From NCBI GenBank assembly GCA_003507445.1, contig DNVR01000019.1, positions 1,367 to 65,366 on the forward strand: a stretch of DNA of 64,000 nucleotides. Reading direction: 5' to 3'. Both the position numbers and the translations under genes were made by a program. Under the pieces are notes generated by a model. The model made no database searches, was not told the origin of the DNA, and saw only the letters and a list, made by a program, of their open reading frames with translations. Positions 56,406-64,000 of this stretch are shown here, piece after piece. The DNA is from Candidatus Moraniibacteriota bacterium (GTDB lineage: Bacteria; Patescibacteriota; Minisyncoccia; Moranbacterales; GWC2-37-73). Numbering within the stretch: the stretch's first letter is position 1; every line of letters begins with the position of its first letter.

Positions 56406-57644
56406 ATGAAAAATGATGCATTTGCAAGTGCGATGAGCCAACTTGAGCAAGTTCAGAAACTTATAAAAATAGATAAAAATATTTTTGCACAACTTCAAAG
56501 CCCGCAAAGAATTTTGGAAGTTTCAATTCCAGTTAAGATGGATAATGGTAATATTCAAGTTTTTACAGGTTATCGAAGTCAGTTTAATGATGCGCGAGGA
56601 CCCTTTAAGGGCGGAATAAGATTTCATCAGGATGTGAATGTTTCAGAAATAAAAGCACTCAGCGCATGGATGACTTGGAAAACTGCCGTGGTCGGAATTC
56701 CTCTTGGTGGCGGAAAAGGCGGCGTGATTGTTGATCCAAAAAAACTTTCTGAAAATGAATTGGAAAAACTTTCACGTGGATATGTGCAGGCTATTTTTAA
56801 ATTTATTGGACCTAATTTGGATATACCAGCTCCTGATATGTATACTGATCCCAAAATTATGGGTTGGATGCTGGATGAATATGAAAAATTAGCTGGTTTT
56901 CATATCCCAGGGGTAATAACTGGGAAACCTCTTTCTATCGGAGGCAGCAATGTTAGGGGTTATTCTACTGCACAAGGAGCTTTTTATGTTTTGAAAGAGG
57001 CTGTGAAAAAAATGGGAATTCGAAAAGATGCAACTGTTGCCATTGAAGGTTTTGGTAATGCTGGGGCTCATTTGGCTCAGATTTTGCAAAAAAATGGTTT
57101 TAGAATTGTTGCGCTTAGCGATTCAAAAGGGATGATTGTAAATTATATGGGACTAGATGTTGAGCAGGTAAAAAAGTATAAAGAAAAAACAGGAAGTGTG
57201 GTTGGATATCCTGGTGCTGAAAAAATTAAACATTCACATATCATTGCACAAGAAGTTGACATCTTGATTCCTTCCGCATTAGAAAATTCAATAACTGTAG
57301 ACAATGTTAAAACAGTAAAAGCAAAATTAATAATAGAAGTGGCCAATGGACCCATAACTCCTGGGGCGGATGCGATTTTGGCAAAGAGAAATATTATGAT
57401 TGTGCCAGATATTTTGGCTAATGCTGGAGGAGTAGTTGTGAGTTATTTGGAACAAGTTCAAAATGCATACGGATATTATTGGAGTGAGGAAAAAGTTTTG
57501 AAAAAATTAGAGCAAATTATGAAGGAATCGTTCGCATATGTTTGGGAACAAAAAATGAAACATAATACCACAGTCAGAATGGGTGCGTATGTGTTGGCCA
57601 TTAATCGTGTATCACGGGCAATGGTTGATCGGGGTAGGATGTAA
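56406..57644 (+). CDS. gdhA: Glu/Leu/Phe/Val dehydrogenase (glutamate dehydrogenase)
   Basis: GPFKGGIRF, GGGKGG, DIPAPD, TGKP, GFGNAG, EVANGP, PDILANAGGV. Confidence 0.93.
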   Translation: MKNDAFASAMSQLEQVQKLIKIDKNIFAQLQSPQRILEVSIPVKMDNGNIQVFTGYRSQFNDARGPFKGGIRFHQDVNVSEIKALSAWMTWKTAVVGIPLGGGKGGVIVDPKKLSENELEKLSRGYVQAIFKFIGPNLDIPAPDMYTDPKIMGWMLDEYEKLAGFHIPGVITGKPLSIGGSNVRGYSTAQGAFYVLKEAVKKMGIRKDATVAIEGFGNAGAHLAQILQKNGFRIVALSDSKGMIVNYMGLDVEQVKKYKEKTGSVVGYPGAEKIKHSHIIAQEVDILIPSALENSITVDNVKTVKAKLIIEVANGPITPGADAILAKRNIMIVPDILANAGGVVVSYLEQVQNAYGYYWSEEKVLKKLEQIMKESFAYVWEQKMKHNTTVRMGAYVLAINRVSRAMVDRGRM

Positions 57645-57760
57645 AAATTTTGAATTTGGTTTTTTATCAAAAAATCGTCAATTAATGGCGGTTTTTTGCT
57701 CTATGCAACAAGTGAAGAAAGTTGTATGTTTGATGTAGTAGTAGTTATATCGTTAAAATT

Positions 57761-59929
57761 ATGAAAAAGAAGGCTATCAAAAAGAACAAATCTCGATTTC
57801 ACTATCCTAAGCAAGTTGTGCTGGGGATTATTGACGCTGGCTTGGTAATGTTGATTGCTGGGATCTGTTTTGTGGCTTGGGTGTATTATTCCGCGACTCC
57901 TGCAGCGAGCCAGTTGGCAGAAAGAAAAATTTCCGAAACCTCGGTTTTGTATGATCGAAGTGGCGAATATGCTTTATATAAATTGTATGGCGAGGAAAAT
58001 AGGAAAATAGTCTCGCACAGTGAGATTCCAGATGTTGTGCGAAATGCGACGATTGCAACTGAGGATGCCAATTTTTATCGTCATATCGGTGTTGATCCGC
58101 TTGCAATATTAAGAGCGGTTAAAATTAATTTTGAAAATAATGGCATAAGACAGGGAGCATCAACCATCACCCAACAACTTGCTCGAAGCGCTTTTCTTAC
58201 TTCGGAGCGAACAATGAAGCGCAAGTTTTTGGAAGCAGTTTTTGCTTTGAAGATTGAACGACACTACAGCAAAGATGAAATTCTTGATCAATATTTAAAC
58301 CAAGTGCCATATGGTTCGAATGCCTATGGAATTGAAACCGCCAGCAGGACATATTTTGACAAAGCCGCTAAGGATTTAACATTGGATGAAGCAGCTTTTT
58401 TGGCTGCACTTCCAAAAGCACCGTCATATTATTCTCCGTACAGCACACATAAGGGGGAGCTTGCATATCGTCAAAAGAAAATTCTTGAGCGCATTTCTGA
58501 GCTTGAACTTGCCTCGCAGGAAGACGTGACCAATGCGCTTGCAATCGACACATTTTCAAAAGTAAAACCTTTGGTCAATCCTATCGTCGCACCTCATTTT
58601 GTGTTCTTTGTCTTGGAACAGCTTGAAAAAAAATATGGCAAAGAGTTTTTGCAAACAGGTGGACTTAAAATTTATACAACGCTTGATTACGAATTGCAAA
58701 AAATGGGAGAGGATGTTGTTGAGCGAGGAGCTGAAAAAAATATAGCCAGAGGAGCAACCAATGCGGCACTGGTAGCGGTCAATCCAAAAGATGGAGAAAT
58801 TTTGGCGATGATTGGAAGTAAAGATTTTTATAACAAGGCTATTGATGGAGAAGTAAACATTGCTACAACCTTGCAACAACCAGGATCTTCATTCAAGCCT
58901 TTTGCATATGCCACCGCATTTGAAAAAGGTTATCAGCCGGAAACAAAAATTCTTGATGCGCCGACAAATTTTGGGCCAGACGGAAGTGGTCGAAATTATG
59001 TTCCGAGAAATTATGACGGAAAATTTCATGGACTTTTGAGTATGCGCGAAGCGTTGGCACAGTCGCTTAATATTCCAGCTATCAAAACTTTGTATCTTGC
59101 AGGAATTGATAGCACGATTGAATTAGCTCATCGACTTGGCATCACAACGCTTAATGATCGCAATCGTTATGGTTTGTCTTTGGTAATTGGTGGCGGAGAT
59201 GTGAAATTGGTGGATATGGTCAGTGCCTTTTCTGTTTTTGCTAACGACGGTGTGCGCAATCCTTCACACAGCGTAATTAAAATAGTTGATAGTAAAGAAA
59301 AAACAATTGAACAAGCGGAGTACAATCCAATTCGAGTGCTTGATGTTCAGATTGCACGCAAGATTGATTCAATACTTTCAGACAATAAAGCTCGCACTCC
59401 AATTTTTGGACCAAGAAGTCCGCTTATACTTGCAGATGGAAGACCAGTGGCTGCCAAAACGGGAACGACACAGGAATTTCGCGATGCTTGGACTGTTGGG
59501 TTCACTCCGCAAATCGCAGTTGGTGTGTGGGCAGGAAACAACGATAATCGTCCTATGAAAGCTGGCTCTGACGGAGTTTTCGTGGCAGCGCCAATCTGGA
59601 ATGAATTTATGACCAAGGCGCTTGCAAATCAACCTAGAGAAACTTTCATTGCATATGACACTTATCAGCAAAACAATGATCCGACAAAAATTGCTGAAGG
59701 CGATTCAACAAATCAAGATGTGAGAATGAAAATAACTTATTATAACAATAAGACCGGAAAAAAGATTTCTGAGGAAAAAGCAAAAAAAATAGATCCTAAA
59801 AAAGTTGATAAGAGGGTTGAATATATTATCGTCAATGACCCAAGCATTATCCCACCAAAAAATTCAGTCAGTGTCGCAATGCCTTCGCCAACTGACCCTA
59901 TGTATAAAAATTGGACAATGCAGCCTTGA
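57761..59929 (+). CDS. Class A penicillin-binding protein (PBP1A family)
   Basis: EDANFYRH, GASTITQQL, RKFLE, SSFK, SLN and KTGT motifs. Confidence 0.95.
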   Translation: MKKKAIKKNKSRFHYPKQVVLGIIDAGLVMLIAGICFVAWVYYSATPAASQLAERKISETSVLYDRSGEYALYKLYGEENRKIVSHSEIPDVVRNATIATEDANFYRHIGVDPLAILRAVKINFENNGIRQGASTITQQLARSAFLTSERTMKRKFLEAVFALKIERHYSKDEILDQYLNQVPYGSNAYGIETASRTYFDKAAKDLTLDEAAFLAALPKAPSYYSPYSTHKGELAYRQKKILERISELELASQEDVTNALAIDTFSKVKPLVNPIVAPHFVFFVLEQLEKKYGKEFLQTGGLKIYTTLDYELQKMGEDVVERGAEKNIARGATNAALVAVNPKDGEILAMIGSKDFYNKAIDGEVNIATTLQQPGSSFKPFAYATAFEKGYQPETKILDAPTNFGPDGSGRNYVPRNYDGKFHGLLSMREALAQSLNIPAIKTLYLAGIDSTIELAHRLGITTLNDRNRYGLSLVIGGGDVKLVDMVSAFSVFANDGVRNPSHSVIKIVDSKEKTIEQAEYNPIRVLDVQIARKIDSILSDNKARTPIFGPRSPLILADGRPVAAKTGTTQEFRDAWTVGFTPQIAVGVWAGNNDNRPMKAGSDGVFVAAPIWNEFMTKALANQPRETFIAYDTYQQNNDPTKIAEGDSTNQDVRMKITYYNNKTGKKISEEKAKKIDPKKVDKRVEYIIVNDPSIIPPKNSVSVAMPSPTDPMYKNWTMQP

Positions 59930-59990
59930 GTATTAAATTAAAAAAACAGTCTTACGCAAAACTTATTTGCGTAAGACCGTGAATGATAGT

Positions 59991-60332
59991 TCATGCAATT
60001 GCAAGAAATATAGCTCCAGCGCTAAGTGGAACAATGGCTGGAATCAATCCCTGCATTCCATATTTGTATGATGCAAGGCATAAGAAAAAAATAAAGCAGC
60101 CCAATGCCAGTGACAAAATACTGTTGTTGCCAGTGGAAAGAAATGCGACAATTTTTTTCAATGGATTATTTTCAAGAACTCTGAAGACATGTGGGATTAG
60201 CAAGATGATGATAAAAGATATTATCAAGACATCCGTCGTGGTCGTCTTTTTTTGCAATTCGTTAAAGAAAATCCCGAAACTTATTTGGACTTCTTCTGAC
60301 CACTCAAATGGTGCAAAAAAATTTACATTCAT
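59991..60332 (-). CDS. Hypothetical membrane protein
   Basis: Three hydrophobic segments; SD GGAGG. Confidence 0.55.
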   Translation of the reverse strand: MNVNFFAPFEWSEEVQISFGIFFNELQKKTTTTDVLIISFIIILLIPHVFRVLENNPLKKIVAFLSTGNNSILSLALGCFIFFLCLASYKYGMQGLIPAIVPLSAGAIFLAIA

Positions 60333-60445
60333 GTGAACCTCCTGGGATTCTATTGCAAAGCAATAGATAATTTGAACAACTCAAAACATCTTACTACAAA
60401 AAAATGCATTTGTCAAGCTGGGTGGCTTTGTGCTAGTGTGTGGTT

Positions 60446-61231
60446 ATGAATAGACGAAATATTATAATTATCAGTGTTTTGTGCTTATTGGCTGTCCCTA
60501 GCCTTTATTTTGGCCTGAAAAAAGTGCAAGAATACAAAAAAACAGTTCAAATAAGCGTGACTGATTTGCAGGAAAACAATGACAATCAACAAATTGAAGA
60601 GGAAGAGAAATCAATTGAAAAAGCTGTTAATAATGACAATGCAGAAGTTGTTGAAAATCAAGAAAAAGAAATTGCAGCGCCAAAAGTTCCAGAAAAAGTA
60701 ATAGAAGAAAAGAGGGTTGAACCAAAAAAAACAAATCCGCCAGCTGAAGAAGAAACAAAAGTAGAAGCAGGAAAAATTGTCGACAAATTAATTTCGTGGG
60801 GCTTTACAAAATCTTCCGGAAGAACAATAGATACCGTTATTGTTCATTCATCTTATGATGCACTTGGAGACGACCCGTATAGTGTTTCTGGAATTATTGC
60901 TGAATACAAGCAATACAATGTTTCTGCGCACTATTTGATTGCGCGCGATGGCACCGCTTATCGTTTGGTAACGGATCAAAACATCGCTTGGCACGCAGGT
61001 GTTAGCAAAGTTCCGGATGGACGAACAAACGTAAATGATTTTTCAATTGGTATAGAGATGATCAACACAAAAGATGGGAAATATACTGATGATCAATATT
61101 CTGCATTGAATTCTTTGATTGCAACATTGAAGAAAAAATATAAAATAAAATATATTCTTGGCCACAATGAAATCGCCCCCGACAGAAAGACTGATCCGTG
61201 GGGAATTGATTGGAATAAAGTTAATCGATAA
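60446..61231 (+). CDS. Membrane-anchored N-acetylmuramoyl-L-alanine amidase (Amidase_2/AmpD-like)
   Basis: VIVHS, VSAHYLI, AWHAG, NDFSIGIE, GHNEIAPDRKTDP. Confidence 0.92.
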   Translation: MNRRNIIIISVLCLLAVPSLYFGLKKVQEYKKTVQISVTDLQENNDNQQIEEEEKSIEKAVNNDNAEVVENQEKEIAAPKVPEKVIEEKRVEPKKTNPPAEEETKVEAGKIVDKLISWGFTKSSGRTIDTVIVHSSYDALGDDPYSVSGIIAEYKQYNVSAHYLIARDGTAYRLVTDQNIAWHAGVSKVPDGRTNVNDFSIGIEMINTKDGKYTDDQYSALNSLIATLKKKYKIKYILGHNEIAPDRKTDPWGIDWNKVNR

Positions 61232-61353
61232 TAAATTCCAAATTAAAAATTAAAAATTTCAAATAAATTCCAAATGATTAAATTTTAAAAATTGGGCATT
61301 GGAAATTTGGTATTCATTTGATATTTGTTATTTGGACTTTGAAATTAAATACT

Positions 61354-61614
61354 ATGATTCTGCAAATATCTTTAGATGGTAATGACATAAAATTGACATT
61401 AAAAGATGGTCGAAAGATTGTTGATGAATTGTCGTGGAATGATGAATATACCTTGAGTGAAAAACTGCTGCCAAACATTGATGAGCTGCTTAGAAAAAAT
61501 AAAATTTCCAAAAGCAAAATAGAAAAAGTGACCACAAAAATTAGTAAAACTTCCGGCGTGACCAGCGCACGAATAGTGAGGACAATTGCAGCAGCCTGGA
61601 ACCTGGGAAATTAG
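61354..61614 (+). CDS. Miniature TsaB-like protein
   Basis: SEKLLPNIDELL and SGVTSARI resemble the TsaB N-lobe; only 86 aa. Confidence 0.6.
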   Translation: MILQISLDGNDIKLTLKDGRKIVDELSWNDEYTLSEKLLPNIDELLRKNKISKSKIEKVTTKISKTSGVTSARIVRTIAAAWNLGN

Positions 61615-61763
61615 CTTATTAGGCTTTATCTTCTTAGGTGACATGAAGTTTTTTTATCTGGAATTTTCTAAAAAGCTAAAAAGCTAATGCCTAAAAAGCT
61701 GTTTGATTGGACAAGTAGTGAAATTTATGCTATACTTAAATGGTAATAGAGGACGGGTGCAAA

Positions 61764-61807
61764 CCCCATTAGAAATGAATCAAATTGATAATTTCTAACG
61801 GGGCAAG
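61764..61807. repeat. Palindromic hairpin element (copy G, TTAGAAAT variant)
   Basis: CCCCATTAGAAAT...ATTTCTAACGGGG-CAAG inside a GAGGACG...CGTCCTC hairpin. Confidence 0.75.
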
Positions 61808-61842
61808 ACCTCGTCCTCTTTCTTTTTAATAAATGAAAATCC

Positions 61843-62145
61843 ATGACAACAAAACAAAATAAAAAAGAAACAAAAAGCACTGACTGGAAAGGTTTAGTGC
61901 AAGGCTTTGTGGGTAATATGCTGGAACAGCTGAGTGAAAACGTTACAACTCGAGTTCATGTTTGGACAAAACAAATGAAACGCAGAGCAGTTGGAGGAGT
62001 TGTGATGCTACTTGGCGCAACATATTTTCTAACTGGTTTGTCTGATTATACCGGTAGTTTTTTTGGAGAAAATTTCCCTGGATTCGGATATTTACTTGTT
62101 GGAGCATCGGCACTATTGATAGGATATTTTGTTAGTAGGAAATAA
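61843..62145 (+). CDS. Small membrane protein (YqjE-like)
   Basis: Two C-terminal TMs; adjacent to a DUF883-like gene. Confidence 0.55.
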   Translation: MTTKQNKKETKSTDWKGLVQGFVGNMLEQLSENVTTRVHVWTKQMKRRAVGGVVMLLGATYFLTGLSDYTGSFFGENFPGFGYLLVGASALLIGYFVSRK

Positions 62146-62184
62146 TTTTTTTAATTCATTTTTAATTAAATAATAAAAAACAAA

Positions 62185-62439
62185 ATGAACAAGAAACAAA
62201 TCAAGAAGGTCGTGAAAAAAAATGTGGAAAAAGCACAAGCATCAGGAGCTGAACTTCAAAAGATGGCTCTTAAGGAATATGACAAAATTAAAAAACAAAT
62301 GGACGCAACTTCAAAAAAAGTTGAAGTCTATGTGAAAAAGAATCCAGCCAAAGCTGCTGCAATTTCTGCCGGCATCGGTATGGCTCTTGGCGCAGTTGCT
62401 GGAATTCTGGCTGCTGGAGGAAAAAAGAAGAAGAAATAA
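62185..62439 (+). CDS. DUF883/ElaB/YqjD-like tail-anchored protein
   Basis: YVKKNPAKAAAISAGIGMALG C-terminal signature. Confidence 0.75.
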   Translation: MNKKQIKKVVKKNVEKAQASGAELQKMALKEYDKIKKQMDATSKKVEVYVKKNPAKAAAISAGIGMALGAVAGILAAGGKKKKK

Positions 62440-62703
62440 CCTGTCGCTCACGAGCGACGGGTTAAACCAGTCAGTCGAGACTGACAGGTTAATCTTCATA
62501 TAATATACAGATAGCTAACAAATTGAAAAATCCTGCTCTTGTTGAGTGGGATTTTTCTTATTGTAATATAATATTCCATCACACATATGCCAAAACTATG
62601 CGGTCGTCGAGTTTTGGTATATAGAAATAAGCTCTGAATTTTATTTGAATTTTAAAAGCCTGCTCCATTCGGGGCAGGCTTTCGTGCTGTGTTAGTAGCA
62701 ATG

Positions 62704-63342
62704 TTATCGCGGGTTGAATTTTTTAGGTGCAAGAATGCGGACAACTCTCGAATCATTTGTAAGGCGCAGTCTATGCTGCGCAAAAAGTTTTATAGCTTCT
62801 GAATATATGACGTGTTCTTTTTTTAGAATGCGTGCACTGAGAGAATCTTCGTCATCATTATCAAGCACTGGTACAATCGCTTGAATAATTATAGAACCTG
62901 TATCAACTTTTCCTTTATCAACAAAGTGTACGGTGCATCCAGAATATTTGACTCCATACTCGAGTGCTTGAAGTTGAGCATGAAGACCTGGAAAAGATGG
63001 CAGGAGTGATGGGTGAATGTTCATGATGGCATTTGGAAAGGCGTCTATTAAAACATCATCAATAATCCTCATATAACCAGCCAAAACAACAAGTTGAACC
63101 CCGTGCAACTTGAGCACTTCAATAATTGCTTTGTTGTAACTCTTTTTACCGGCATACTCTTTGGGATTAAGATAGAAAGTTGGAATTCCTCTTTTTCGCG
63201 CAATTTCTATGACTGGTGCATTTTCAATATCACTTATGACGCAGACTACTCTTGCCTGCAAAATGCCACTGTTGCAATTGTCGTCGATAGCTACAAAATT
63301 GCTACCCCTGCCTGATGCCAATACGCCTAATTGTAATTTCAT
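62704..63342 (-). CDS. purN: Phosphoribosylglycinamide formyltransferase
   Basis: LASGRGSNF, LAGYMRI, NIHPSLLP, GCTVHFV, DTG. Confidence 0.95.
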   Translation of the reverse strand: MKLQLGVLASGRGSNFVAIDDNCNSGILQARVVCVISDIENAPVIEIARKRGIPTFYLNPKEYAGKKSYNKAIIEVLKLHGVQLVVLAGYMRIIDDVLIDAFPNAIMNIHPSLLPSFPGLHAQLQALEYGVKYSGCTVHFVDKGKVDTGSIIIQAIVPVLDNDDEDSLSARILKKEHVIYSEAIKLFAQHRLRLTNDSRVVRILAPKKFNPR

Positions 63343-63775
63343 GTCGTGTTTCTCCTCTCAGGTTTATTTTGATGTAAAAAAGCAAGTGTTTTTATATTTG
63401 TGAGTTTAATCTAGCGGTAAACCTGTATTTAGTCAATGCTTATAGCGCTTGAAGGGATTTTTAGAAACTAAGAAGCATAAATCTAAAACCTAGAACCTAG
63501 AACCTAAAACCTGTGCTATTGACACTTTTTCGTATCTGTGTTAACTTACTTGTACATTCTAGCTTTAGGAAAGAACTTCTACTTTTTGCATTGTTTTTGG
63601 GTGAAAACAGCGCACAAACTTTTTGTCAAATTAAAGTGTTAAAATGCTTTAAAATGACACTTTTTGTCAAAGGATAAATGACTAAAAACATACAACTTAA
63701 TTAAATAGTCTTAACCAAAAACTCGCTGCGAGCTTTTCGTTTTTGCGTCGAAAAGAACTAGTGAGAGTTGTTTTT

Positions 63776-64000
63776 ATGGTAAAAGAGAAGAAAGCACTAA
63801 AGGTGAAGGAGACTTATGCGTCTACCTCATCCCTGTCTAAAAGAAAGTTTTTCAAAAAGCAGTTGATGGTGTCGTTGCCTAATCTGATTGAAGCTCAGAT
63901 CGACGCGTATCAGTGGTTTTTGGATAGAGGTCTTCGGGAATTGTTCGATGAAATCAACCCAATTAGTGATTTCACTGGAAAAGATTTAGAGCTTTCGCTC
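63776..64000 (+). CDS. rpoB: RNA polymerase beta subunit (3' truncated by window)
   Basis: Manual translation gives ...[41 protein letters not shown]. Confidence 0.92.
   Translation, partial: MVKEKKALKVKETYASTSSLSKRKFFKKQLMVSLPNLIEAQIDAYQWFLDRGLRELFDEINPISDFTGKDLELSL

Noticed and set aside
1-64000. CRISPR array, rRNA, prophage, intact IS/integrase or DGR reverse transcriptase
   Set aside because: No regularly spaced repeat-spacer array, rRNA-like segment, or structural phage, transposase, integrase or RT ORF was recognised.

Overview
Mostly AT-rich bacterial chromosomal DNA. The gene content and style (mostly SD-less core genes, compact type IV pilus locus, miniature TsaB, Cys-poor Nth, large FN3 surface protein) suggest a Patescibacteria/CPR genome of the Parcubacteria type; this is an inference. 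Core genes are nth, alr, thiI, ychF, a two-component system with pilB/pilC/minor pilins/pilMNO, valS, tsaD, gdhA, a class A PBP, purN and the start of rpoB, plus six tRNAs and two ECF sigma factors. Accessory material includes a GC-rich kinase/isochorismatase/vWA operon, an MBL hydrolase plus membrane protein pair, a sigma4-alphaCTD fusion, a LuxI/GNAT-like acyltransferase and a nucleotidyltransferase. The most striking features are non-genic. (1) A family of short hairpin elements, CCCYGTTAAAT...ATTTAACRGGG followed by a YRAR tail, occurs at seven loci; copies sit in frame inside proteins, supply start or stop codons, nest inside each other and interrupt a leader hairpin. (2) Single cargo genes are flanked by diverged direct repeats that encode conserved antisense peptides, resembling cassettes. 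(3) A GIY-YIG nuclease gene lies between a palindrome-disrupted tRNA-Lys fragment and an intact tRNA-Lys. (4) Heptamer-repeat arrays are widespread, including three inside tsaD. All calls come from motif reading and hand alignment; no database search was run.
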